Part shown: positions 21,436 to 33,084 of the stretch, one piece after another
Layout: each line of letters opens with the position of its first letter
How positions within the stretch are numbered: the first letter of the stretch is position 1
Assembly (NCBI RefSeq): GCF_006345805.1
Contig: NW_021832671.1
Location: 1 to 37,105 of the forward strand
Source of the DNA: Octopus sinensis
Lineage: Eukaryota
DNA: 37,105 nt
Direction of reading: 5' to 3'
The notes under the pieces: generated by a model
Told to the model about the DNA's origin: nothing
What the model saw: the letters and a program-made list of their open reading frames with translations, nothing else
Database searches by the model: none
Position numbers and translations under genes: made by a program

Positions 21436-21850
21436 CTATTTCTTTACTACCCACAAGGGGCTAAACACAGAGGGGACAAACAAGGACAGACAAACGGATT
21501 AAGTCGATTATATCGACCCCAGTGCGTAACTGGTACTTAATTTATCGACCCCGAAAGGATGAAAGGCAAAGTCGACCTCGGCGGAAATTGAACTCAGAAC
21601 GTATAGACAAATGAAATACCTATTTCTTTACTACCCACAAGGGGCTAAACACAGAGAGGACAAACAAGGACAGACAAACAGATTAAGTCGATTATATGGA
21701 ACCAGATTTTAACTGGTACTTATTTAATCGACCCCGAAAGGATGAAAGGCAAAATCGACCTCGGCGGAATTTGAACTCAGAACGTAGCGACAGACGAAAT
21801 ACGGCTACGCATTTCGCCCGGCGTGCTAACGTTTCTGCCAGTTCGCCGCC
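21436..21850 (-). mobile_element. SINE family A, head plus two tandem bodies
   Basis: 184-bp period; junction gaaatacctatttctt at 21613-21628 is the reverse complement of the junction near 1305. Confidence 0.92.
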
Positions 21851-22101
21851 TTTTGTGTATACTCCTTTTGTGTATGCTCACTCCTTATGTTTAGTTGTGT
21901 TGTTTGCGTGACTATGTGTGTAGGAGTGTGTTTATTCGAGGCAACCAATGTATTCTACAAAACGAAAACCCGATTTGATAAATCTGTTGTAAGAGTGTAG
22001 CAATTTTTTCCTTCGAGATAAAACTTGTTTCCGTGTCTAACTTTAGAAACCACTTCTTTCCTGTCGTTGAGGTCTCATAGCGCCGTGGGATCTACTTCCG
22101 C

Positions 22102-22132
<31 letters not shown>

Positions 22133-22526
22133 GTTACATTCGTGCCCTCTTTCTGGTGTAGGGGGTTTCAATGACCTTTACATATCGCACTCACCCGTAT
22201 GTCTCGATTGAGAAATCAACACCTGTCCATTGTCTCATTAATATATGATTAATTTCTACCCGGCAGGTTGCATTTTCTTGGTTCCGCTGTAGAAGTTACC
22301 TCTAAATAGAACTCGTTTAGATGCCTGTATTTAGACATTGCTGTTTCATGGAGATGTGTGAATACATGAGCTATTTAAGCCACACATGCTTTATTCTCTT
22401 GTTTTTCCGCTGTGGGATATTGCTGTTGCCGTTCTTCTGGACTCACCACATGTATCTCGACCAAAACTATTAATACAATTTGTTGAAGCAATTTTTCTGT
22501 TCTAAGTAAAGGCTTTTAGTCGAATC

Positions 22527-22625
22527 CAGCGTTTCTCAACCGCGGTCCAGATAAGATTTTGTTCTAAAATTTACGGGCTGTAAATTGCTTTTATTTCTGA
22601 AATACACAAAATATTTAAAATTGTT
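22527..22625 (+). mobile_element. Possible hAT (Charlie-type) MITE left-end fragment
   Basis: cagcgtttctcaaccgcggtcc resembles the CAGYGGTTCTCAA TIR; no partner end found. Confidence 0.35.
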
Positions 22626-22636
22626 TTATGCAAAAA

Positions 22637-23043
22637 GCGCAGGTGTAGCTGTGTGGTTGCTTCCCAACCACATGGTTCCAAGTTCAGTCCCACTGCGTGG
22701 TACCTTGGGCAAGTGTCTTCTACTATAGCCTCAGGCCAGCTAAAGCCTTGTGAGTGGATTTGGTAGACGGAAACTGAAAGAAGTCCGTCGTATATGTGAG
22801 TGTGTGTGCGTGCGTGTGTGTGGTATTTAAGTGTGTTGGTCTTTGTGTCTTAGTTTGTCCTCAAAACCATCGCTTGACAATCGATGTTGGTGTGTCTACG
22901 TCTCCATAAATTAGCGGTTCGGCAAAAGAGACAGATAGAATAAGTACTAGGCTTAGAAAGAATGTTCGAGTAAAACCTTTCAAGGCGGTGTTCCAGCGTG
23001 GCCGCATTCAAATGACTGAAACAAGTAAAAGAATAAAAGAATA
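22637..23043 (+). mobile_element. SINE family B, full length
   Basis: Same diagnostic blocks as 10983-11387. Confidence 0.93.
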
Positions 23044-23361
23044 ATTCCTGATAATATTTAATTAAAAAACATTTTTTAAGCATTGAATGACTTCTAGGTT
23101 CCCTCCACCCCGAATAAAACAGGAATGAAAGGGGATTCACCAGCAAAAAATGATTGAATGCCGCTGGTCTAAACAGTAATCCGTAGGGTTCTTCAGAGGT
23201 AAATTTCAAGGAATTACCAATTACTGGGGAATTGCTTGGGATTATGCTCGAATGGAATCGAGCGTTTTCCATTCATGAGAGAAAGCCACCTGAGAAAGGT
23301 ATTGTCCACATCTCTCAAAGTTCGCAGCCAATACTTTCCTGTAACGTATTTGGTAATTTTG

Positions 23362-23594
23362 ATATTTCTTAATTGCCCACATGAGGTTAAACATAGAGGG
23401 GACAAACGAGGTCAGACAAAGGGATTAAGTCGATTACATCGACCCCAGTGCGTAACTGGTACTTAATTTATCGACCTCGAAAGGATGAAAGGCAAAGTCG
23501 ACCGCGGCGGAATTTGAACTCAGAACGTAACGGCTGACGAAATACCGCGAAGCACTTCGCCTGGCGTGCTAACGATTCTGCCATCTCGCCGCCC
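23362..23594 (-). mobile_element. SINE family A, full length, 14-bp TSD
   Basis: gtaat(t/c)ttgatatt at 23353-23366 and 23598-23611. Confidence 0.93.
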
Positions 23595-24109
23595 TTCGTA
23601 ATCTTGATATTGGCAAAGTAAAAAAAAATGATGATGATGACAAAGATGATGGTGGTAGTGGTGGTGGTGGTGGTGGTCGTCGTCGTAGTAGTAGTCGTGG
23701 AAATGGTGGTGGTGGTTGTGGTGATAATATTGACAAGGATGAAAATAGAAGTGGTAGTTATGGTGAAATTGATACGGAAATTACTGATAATATTTATTAT
23801 TTCTTTTGACGAGACATAAACCGACATAAAGAAAGCAATATTAGTATTTGTATATTTTATGAGCAAATGAGTGATTAACTTGAAGGAAAGATGGCTTCCA
23901 AACGAAGTATTTTTGTAATTTTCTGAGTGATGAAAATGGAGGACGGTGACCACATTCAAATATTTTATAAACTGTTAGCCGAGGAAAATGAGCAAAATTG
24001 AAGCTCAGAACGTCTGCACTTGTCATGAAACAAACACTCTACGATGTCTGTCACTCAATGCGTTCGTAATAACTTTACGATTTAAGCGCAAGGTCAGCAC
24101 GTTCGAGCT

Positions 24110-24285
24110 GAGAGGGAATAGTCTGTATCATTGATTCCAGTACTCCTCTAGTGATTTCATTTTATCGATCTCGGAAAATTGAAGGCCAAAACATGTCACA
24201 GTATGATTTGAATTTGAAGATAACGAACCGTACAAAAAAACCGCAAAGCATTTTTCTGATACTCCAACGATTGTATCAACTCCCC
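24110..24285 (-). mobile_element. Old, highly degenerate SINE A
   Basis: Reverse strand shows aaatgctttgcgg, ttcaaattcaaatc and ccgagatcgataaaat blocks. Confidence 0.55.
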
Positions 24286-24842
24286 CCAATATATTTATAT
24301 ATATTCTATGTATATAGATTCAGTGCATGTGTATAATTGCATGGGCGCGTGTATATTCGTTTTGCTATATATAAGAATCAACCTCGAAAAACTTACTCCT
24401 TAAACGCATTAGAGTTTAATTCTATATTCGAAGCGACTACTCTCAGTTGTTGTTTCGTTTCCATGGAAGTCCCGCAGAGAGAAAGAGATAAAGGAAAAGG
24501 CAGGGATGTTTAACACAGAGCATATCGACATGTTACTTAATGTGTCTCTCATTCTACATCACATGTAGAGCAGACCATAACTGGAGACTATCACGAGTTG
24601 TCGCTTTGTTTTAGATTAGTTTGATGCCTAAGATATTAGTACGCGCCCATTACGGTGACCAGTGACTTGTGAATGATAGTGCAACAGTGCAAATATATAG
24701 AAACACACAGACAGATGCATGCATGCATGTATGTATATATATATACACAAGCACATACGAATGTGGGAGGTCTTCGTGTACACATACGTACAACCTCGCG
24801 TGCAGACACACATGTACATATACAAATATGCATACATATATA

Positions 24843-24897
<55 letters not shown>

Positions 24898-24899
24898 TA

Positions 24900-24933
<34 letters not shown>

Positions 24934-25433
24934 CTCAAATGCACACATACACACACAAGCAACAACACACACACACATTCCTCCCACACAGACGCATGCA
25001 TATAAAGAAAGAAGGCAAATGCCACATGAGACCCTTTCCAGACTGAATTTCAAAACTGCATGCTATCCATCAGTTATTGCTCCTCTCAATTGAATGCTGT
25101 CTACAAAAGATGCTGAGAAACAAACGAGTGAGATCAAGTGATAACTGGATATCCTCTATGTATATCCAGCATGCCACTCGCACATTTCTTCTCCCATACC
25201 TCTGTCTCTCTCTCTCTCTCCACCTTACCCTCTCTTTCTTCCCCACTCTCTTTCTTTCTCATATCTGTCGTCCTTTTTCTTTCAATTTTTATCGTACTTC
25301 CATAAAACTGTATTTTATTGTTCAGTTGGTGTTTCGTCAGGTGAGATCCAATAATCAATTATTTTTATTCTCAAAATTACACACACACACACGTGTGAAA
25401 TACTGAAATACGGATATATATATATATATATAT

Positions 25434-25830
25434 AAGCCAGCCCCATTCTCAAATCGTCCTGTCGAAAGACCCTTGTCCTACGTCCTGGTTTTGTTTTGTT
25501 GTTTATTTTTTATTTTTACCGTTATTGTTTTTACGTTTTTGTATTCTTATTGGTGTCACGTATTCTGTATTTTTGTTTGTGTACTTCGATCTGTTTTCCG
25601 TCCTTTCGTTGTAGACATTCGAAGCTTTCTTCCAGGGGATCTAATGCGCTTGGCTTAGATTTCCCTTGGCGGGCTGGCCATATCGGAGCAATCTCAAGAT
25701 TAATCAGCCGAAATTGCTAAGATGATCTGGTTCTTGACTGATGACTGAGGGCTTCGAATGTCCCGTTCTGTGGTTCTTGTGTCGTCTCTGTGGTGTTTCA
25801 TGTTCTTGTCCATGTCTGTAATTAATGTTA
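25434..25830 (+). mobile_element. (TA)n-embedded repeat, longest copy of the 8272/12759 family
   Basis: cagccgaaattgctaagatgatctggttcttgactgatgactgagggcttcgaatgtcc; TA arrays on both flanks. Confidence 0.7.
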
Positions 25831-25839
25831 CTGTTTACC

Positions 25840-25875
<36 letters not shown>

Positions 25876-25914
25876 CGTATGTATGTATATGTATATATAT
25901 ATGTATGTATATGT

Positions 25915-26080
25915 GTGAGTGGCTGTGTGGTAAGTAGCTTGCTAACAAGCCACATGGTTCCGGGTTCAGTCCCACTACGTGGCATCTTGGGCAAGTGTCT
26001 TCTGCTATAGCCCCGGGCCGACTAATGCCTTGTGAGTGGATTTGGTAGACGGAAACTGAAAGAAGCCTGTCGTATATATG

Positions 26081-26115
<35 letters not shown>

Positions 26116-26330
26116 ATGTGTTTGTTTGTCTGTGTTTGTCCCCCTAGCATTGCTTGACAACCGATGCTGGTGTGTTTACGTCCCCGTCACTTAGCGGTTC
26201 GGCAAAAGAGAACGATAGAATAAGTACTGGGCTTACAAAGAATAAGTCCCGGGGTCGAGTTGCTCCATTAAAGGCGGTGCTCCAGCATAGCCGCAGTCAA
26301 ATGACTGAAACAAGTAAAAGACTAAAAGAC
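25915..26330 (+). mobile_element. SINE family B, full length, young-looking
   Basis: All B blocks intact; (TA)n linker. Confidence 0.95.
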
Positions 26331-26561
26331 ATACATACATGTATATGTATAAATATATACACGTGCACACACAAACATATATATATATACGTACACACAC
26401 ATACACGTATATATATATACATACACACGCTCATATACGCATGCACACACTCACACATATAGTTATAATCACCGACTATTTACTTCACCACTCTCATATA
26501 CACAATCACACACGGATACACTTGATGTGTATAAGCTACCGTCTCTCTTTTGCTTTCTTAC

Positions 26562-26737
26562 ATAATTTTCTCTTTACAACTGATCGGTAGTTCGCTTCCT
26601 GCTGAGTCAAATTTACTGGATGCCATTTTTCCCTCCGTCACACTCCACTGCTTCTTTGACCTTGAGATCGCTCGGTTAAAAGCATGTTCATTGTCCTTCA
26701 CGTCAGGAAAACCTTCGATCATGTTTGTTACAGGAAA
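26562..26737 (-). CDS. Candidate exon or decayed ORF (FPVTNMIEGFPDVKDNEHAFNRAISRSKKQWSVTEGKMASSKFDSAGSELPISCKEKI), unverified
   Basis: Open, non-low-complexity frame ending at an at|gtaaga donor; weak acceptor; no homology recognised. Confidence 0.18.
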
Positions 26738-27354
26738 CTTTTAACTATGATAATTGTTCAAATGTATACCCCGCTGGCCCCTATTCATTTGGGTCGGAGA
26801 CTTGTTCGGGCATCGCATTTTTAGATTTACATCCTCAGACCTTCGTTTAATTTAACTATTTTGTGTCTTTGAACTATGTTAACTCCCCTTAGACACAACG
26901 TTCCATATTTTAACCCTTTGAACGCGGAAAGTGGATATTTCGCCCAAAATTTTATCATCGTTAAATCGCAGTTTTACTCTACAACATGAAAAAAATCCCC
27001 TCCTTATGCTGCGAGAAGTGGAAATTCTCCCGGTGACACATTTTATAAAAGACAATTTTAAAGATTTTCTTAATATTTTTCTCACATACTTCATCGATTG
27101 TCGCTTTACAGAAGAAGAATCAAAAGCATTTAGTGATGAGGATGAGAACCGTACAAACACGAGATTCTGTCAAACTTATTGCAGAAACGGAAAATAACAA
27201 TCCTATTTTGTTTTTCTGGTGGGTAATTAACATCATTTAATTTAATTATACAGCCAAAAAACTAAAAAAAGTTTCCCTGTCACATCTAAACTTACTTCCT
27301 CAATATAAATAAATGATATCAACAAGCACGCACTTCTCTCACACTTTCCAATAC

Positions 27355-27420
<66 letters not shown>

Positions 27421-27618
27421 ACACACAACACACACACACACACACACATACACACGCACGTACGCAAACACATGTATATATGTACACATATATGTATATA
27501 TGTGCATCTTTAATTTATGCTTTAATTATATTTAAACATGCCTCATTACTCGGATTATCTTGTGATTTATTGAGTGAGACACATTTTTCAGCTACTCGAG
27601 TTTCTTTATAATCGTCTG

Positions 27619-27665
<47 letters not shown>

Positions 27666-27672
<7 letters not shown>

Positions 27673-27962
27673 ATCACGTGACCGACCAGGCAATCAGATG
27701 TTGCGGCTCATCGCTGCTCACAATGCTCTTCGCATTGTTTTAGCCTTCAAATGATGCTACCCCTGCTGGCTAAGCGAGCAGGCCAACAGAAGAAAGAGTG
27801 AGAGAAAGTTGTGGCGAAAGAGTACAGCAGGGATCGCCACCACCCCCTGCCGGAGCCTCGTGGAGCTTTTAGGTGTTTCTGCTCAATAAACACTCACAAC
27901 GCCTGGGAATCGAAACCGCGATCCTACGACCGCGAGTCCGCTGCCCTAACCACTGAGCCATT
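27666..27962 (-). mobile_element. SINE C variant (C head and 5' half, different 3' tail) adjoining (TA)n
   Basis: 27790-27962 matches C; 27666-27790 is a distinct tail ending tcacgtgatcacgtga. Confidence 0.88.
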
Positions 27963-27968
27963 TTGCTT

Positions 27969-28006
<38 letters not shown>

Positions 28007-28171
28007 CACACACACACACACACACACACAAACAAACAAACACCACACACACACACACACACAGTAAAAATATGCAAAACATTTCTGAAGTTGATAGAAT
28101 CGGTAGAGCATCAACCGACATGTTCCGATCATTTTTTTCTGTTATAAAGTATAATAACAATTTCTCTGTCC

Positions 28172-28280
28172 GCTAGTGTGCCGGACGAAATGGCATTCGA
28201 TATTTCGTTCCGGCTGTTCGCGTATCATATTTAATACCCCGAGACTATATTTACCTTCAATTCCCTTCTGTTCTTGATAA
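28172..28280 (+). mobile_element. Very degenerate SINE A
   Basis: gtgtgccggacgaaatggcattcgatatttcgttc resembles the A head. Confidence 0.4.
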
Positions 28281-28451
28281 ACTATATATAAAACATTCAA
28301 CTCTTGTCATGTTATATGCTAGGGTACGATGGAAGTTTTAAATGTAACATTTCTTTCGTTTTCTACATTCCAGCGGTGGAGCTTTGTATCGTTATTGGAA
28401 ACCAGCTCCTATCTTAGAGGAAGAAATTAAATAATTAAAAACAGAAGAGAT

Positions 28452-28485
<34 letters not shown>

Positions 28486-28854
28486 TACATATATATACAT
28501 ATATACATACATTACATACGCATGCAAGTATATGTGTGTGTGTTTGCACCTATATTTATGTATGTGTGCTTATGTACGTGTGTACGTGTATGTTGCTCAA
28601 TATTCCGAATAAATCTTCTGTTGGTCCAGATTCAACAATTAGTGAACCTGTTGAAATACGTTACACAGCGGAGAACATATTAATTTTATATAAGAAAGTA
28701 TTTCTAACCTTATTGAATGGTATAAATATATAATTGCTCGCCAGAGTGAAGATGCGCGGGCCTTAAGCACACACAGCTGGGTGGGGGGACCCAGCAACAT
28801 TGAGACTAATTATTTGCGTGATCTGTCTGTTTCAATGTTGAATATATTTTAGAG

Positions 28855-29021
28855 CAGGGTTCTCGAAAGGGGTCGATATCGACCCCTGGGGATCGATAGG
28901 ACTTTTCAAGGGGTCGATAAATGCACATTTCCTTAATTATTATTATTTATTTTCTTGTACATGCCCGAGGGTCAAGGATTCCATGAAGGGGTCAACAGTC
29001 TAAAAAGTTTGGGCACACTTG
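28855..29021. mobile_element. hAT-superfamily MITE with 8-bp TSD
   Basis: ttttagag at 28847-28854 and 29022-29029; imperfect CAG-type TIRs; internal ggggtcga repeats. Confidence 0.85.
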
Positions 29022-29250
29022 TTTTAGAGAAATGAAAAGAAACACTTTTAGAATTCACTCCTACAATTTTTATGTGTTTTTCTTTCTATATCCACACATT
29101 TACCCTTACATACACGTGTGTGTGTTTGTGTGTGTGTGTGTCGGAAATAATGTGGCTAGACGATTATTTCGCTTTCGTGGAAAAGAACAAACTTCTTCCT
29201 GATCGTTAGTGAAGAATCACGGAGAAAGTTGTATACAGAGAGAAGTAATG

Positions 29251-29461
29251 CAGTTCTATATTAAAGAGATGAGAAATTATGTCCATTATTTACATTATTT
29301 ACATTTGACGGATATTTGTCCTCATCTTTGTTGTTAACACAACGTTTCGGCTGATATACCCTCCTGCCTTCATCAGGTGTCTTGGGAAAATTTCGAACTT
29401 GGGGTCTCATTCTTAAGGTATTTTCGATGTTGTTGTTGCTATTATTATTATTATTATTATT

Positions 29462-29492
<31 letters not shown>

Positions 29493-29592
29493 CTGTTGTT
29501 GCTGTTGTTGTTGTTGTTGTTGTTGTTGTTGTAGTTGTTGTTGTTGTTCGGGTCACTGCCTGGAATCGAACTCGGAATCTTGTGGTTAGTAG
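29251..29592 (-). mobile_element. tRNA-headed SINE-like element carrying a hammerhead ribozyme
   Basis: Minus strand order: B-box gagttcgattcc (A-box truncated), (CAA/TAA)n linker, HHR, then an aatgtaaataatgtaaata tail. Confidence 0.7.
29336..29381 (-). ncRNA. Minimal type-I hammerhead ribozyme, intact core
   Basis: gacac-CTGATGA-a-ggcag[gagggtatat]cagcc-GAAA-c-GTT-gtgtt; predicted cleavage between 29341 and 29340. Confidence 0.7.
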
Positions 29593-30059
29593 CATGTATA
29601 TATGTTTATATGTATATATGCATAAATATATACATATAAACTTACATCTACACAAACATTCGACTTATATATATATATATAATATATATATTATTATATA
29701 TATAGATTATCCAGCCACCATATATATATACACAAATACATACATACACCACACACACACCACATACATCATACATACATACATACATACATACACATAC
29801 ATACATACATACATACCAACCAGGATATACATCAACCTGTCTGGAATAAAGAACAGCTGAAGTTGGGATCTCGGAACCACAGAACGCAAGTCTTTAATTC
29901 ATCTGCTACAAACGATCAGGATATCCGGGCTATAAAATTCTGCAAGACTTTCTTAATATTTAAAGGATGATGGCTAAAAGAAGATTCTTCCTTCACAACT
30001 TTGTTACCAAATAGGTGGTCGGTTAAATGTTATTCTAAATTTAAAAAATCAACTCGTAT

Positions 30060-30436
30060 CGTGGCACTCGGTTAAGACGACGAGGGTTCCAGTTGATCCG
30101 ATCAACGGAACAGCCTGCTCGAGGAATTAATGTGCGAGTGGCTGAGCTCTCCACAGACACGTGTACTCTTACAGTAGTTCTCGGGGAGAGTCAGCGTGAC
30201 ACAGATTGTGACAAGGCTGGCCCTTTGAAGTAAAGGTACAACAGAAACAGGAAGAAAGAGTGAGAGAAAGTTGTGGTGAAAGAGTACAGCAGGGTTCGCC
30301 ACTATCCCCTGCCGGAGCCTCGTAGAGCTTTAGGTATTTTCGCTCAATAAACACTCACAATGCCCGGTCTGGGAATCGAAACGGCAATCCTAAGACCGCG
30401 AGTCTGCTGCCCTGAGCACTGGGCCATTGCGCCTCT
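30060..30436 (-). mobile_element. SINE family C, full length
   Basis: Homologous along its length to 2704-3069. Confidence 0.95.
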
Positions 30437-30744
30437 ACTAGTATACACGAGAAGCTACAGGTAACTACCAATTCGGAACTTTTTAGTGCATCTTCATATC
30501 TTTAAGAGATCCAGTGTCACTTCTGTCCAATCTGTATAGTTCTCGCTCTTCTGTTCTTGGATAGCAAATTATAATCTTCATAATGTGATTCTACAGCCTT
30601 GATTCAAAGACTTTCGGCGCTCCCATTTCATATTGGCATTAGGTTTCTGGGGATTCTGTTTAGGCTTCGTTGAGTATTCATGACTCTATGTCTTTGCATG
30701 TATATATGTATGCAGACAGGCGTGTATGCGTGTATGTAGGGAGA

Positions 30745-30932
30745 GTTTACGAAAAAAACAAAAGACGAAGACAGGTGGTGTACAAAACAAACAGATGTAT
30801 TAGTATAACGCTCAGGAATAGAAAAAGTCTTTTACGTTTCGAGCCTACGCTCTTCTACAGAAAGGGTCACAGAAAAAAACAAGGAGAGAAAAAAGGAGAG
30901 AAAAAATGTGTGTAGTGGCTAACGATCTATCA
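30745..30932 (-). mobile_element. Short PLE-terminus-like repeat, copy 2
   Basis: Homologous to 17551-17745. Confidence 0.75.
30829..30864 (-). ncRNA. Minimal hammerhead-like motif with variant core CUGUAGA
   Basis: cttt-CTGTAGA-a-gagc[gtag]gctc-GAAA-c-GTA-aaag. Confidence 0.55.
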
Positions 30933-31139
30933 TTGCCGTATGTGCATACGCATGGATGTATGCATATATGCATACCAGTGTGTATGTGTGTGTGTGTGTA
31001 TACATTAGTCATATCTTTAGAGTAAGACGGGTAATCGTTTCTAAATGTCCCATACTTGCTTCCAGCAAACTCCATCTTTGGTTCCATAGGCAGAGAAGGG
31101 GAAATTCTTAACAACGTTACTGGCTGTTAAATTCCTCAC

Positions 31140-31269
31140 CTCTTTCCTTCTCTTGGAATCTATTCAACACGTACACTGAGTCATGTTGTATGTGCCTGAG
31201 GATTGCATTAAAGAGACACAAGTGTTTTTTCTGTGGAACACTCGGCCACAAACACTCTAACTCAATGAC
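31140..31269 (-). CDS. Candidate 130-nt exon (VIELECLWPSVPQKKHLCLFNAILRHIQHDSVYVLNRFQEKER), unverified
   Basis: Acceptor cttccttttcttggacatgcag, donor gag|gtgagg, single open frame; no homology recognised. Confidence 0.2.
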
Positions 31270-31339
31270 CTGCATGTCCAAGAAAAGGAAGCATTGAATA
31301 ATCATCGTCGAAACGGACGGGGAACCGACGCAAATATGC

Positions 31340-32420
31340 GCCTTTTTTATGTATACATATACATGTATGTATACATAAATGTATATGTATGTTTGTACGT
31401 ATACACACACACATGCAGACACATACATACACACATGAATGCATTCACACACATACATAGGTACAAACGTCAGTGCATACAAACACATTCATGACATACA
31501 TGCATGCATACATACATACATACACACACATACATACACACACATACATACATACATACATACATACATACAAACATACATACACACACATACATACACA
31601 CACATACATACACACATACATGAACACATACATACACACCACATACATACATGCATACATACAAACTACATACACACCATACATACATACATACTACATA
31701 CATACCACATACACATACATACATACCTACATACATACATACCATACATCATACTACACACACACATACTACACATACATACATACATACATACATACAT
31801 ACAAACATACATACACCACATCACATACACACATACCTACATACATACATACATACATACATACAAACATACATACACACACATACATACATGCATACCT
31901 ACATACATACATACATACACACACCTACATACATACATACATACATACATACATACACACATACATACACACACATACATACATGCATACATACATACAT
32001 ACATACATACACACACATACATACATGCATACATACATACATACATACATACATACATACATACATACAAACATACATACACACACATACATACATGCAT
32101 ACATACATACATACATACATACAACATACATACACACACACACATACACATACATACATACATACATACATACCAACATACATACACACACCTACATACA
32201 CATACATACATACATACAAACATACATACACACACACATACATGCATACATACAAACATACATACATACAAACATACATACACACACATACATACATGCA
32301 TACATACATACATACATACATACATACAAACATACATACACACACACACATACATACATACATACATACATACATACATACATACAAACATACATACACA
32401 CACATACATACATACACGTG
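31340..32420. repeat. About 1.1-kb (CATA)n/(CA)n microsatellite array
   Basis: Direct reading; source of the 200-459 aa H/T/Y/I and M/Y/V/C ORFs. Confidence 0.97.
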
Positions 32421-32483
32421 TGTTTGTATAAAGTAATACAAACATTTATGCTTTCTGAAATTTCCAGCCATTTCTTCTATACA

Positions 32484-32750
32484 CTACCACCAACCACCAC
32501 CACCACCAACCACCACCACCACCACTACCACCACCACTACCACCACCACCACTATCACCACCACCACCATCACCACCTACACTGTCACCACCACCATCAC
32601 TGTCATCATCGCCACCACTGTCACCGCCGCCGCCGCCGCCCGCCACCACCACCACCTTCACCACCACCACCTTCACCACCACCACCTTCACCACAACCAC
32701 CAACACCACCACCACCACCACTGTCACCATCGCCACTGTCACCACCACTA
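32484..32750. repeat. (CCA)n-derived trinucleotide array
   Basis: Direct reading. Confidence 0.95.
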
Positions 32751-32898
32751 GTATCGCTTCACATTTTCCAATTCAACAACAATAACCTCTCCGCCCCGCC
32801 ACCCATCCTTTATCAATTCAACATTATAATTAAATATTCTATTGATGAATGAACGGATAAACGAACGAAAGAAGAATTTTTAAAACACACACGCCCAA

Positions 32899-32929
<31 letters not shown>

Positions 32930-32967
32930 CACACAAATATATTCATATCTACACATACACACATATT

Positions 32968-33006
<39 letters not shown>

Positions 33007-33069
33007 ATATCTATCACACACGCATGCATGTACACACATCAGAACTAAAACAAAACAAACAACACTTAC

Positions 33070-33084
33070 CATGTAGCACAACAG
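33070..33084 (-). CDS. Candidate 15-nt microexon (LLCYM), or first coding exon MKLLCYM from 33090
   Basis: Long pyrimidine tract, then aatgaag|ctgttgtgctacatg|gtaagt with a consensus donor. Confidence 0.22.

Noticed and set aside
25690-25770. Hammerhead in the 8272/12759/25434 family (CTGATGA/CTGAAGA, and gagcaatc...gaaattgct)
   Set aside because: The core-like words are not linked to a valid stem II plus GAAA, and no stem I could be formed.
30480-30680. LINE endonuclease remnant
   Set aside because: The minus-strand frames are interrupted by stops and no APE motif could be recognised.
31439-32852. Long ORFs of 200-459 aa, including a Pro/His-rich tail
   Set aside because: They are translations of (CATA)n/(CA)n/(CCA)n, which lack stop codons in several frames; they are open on both strands and have no domain content.
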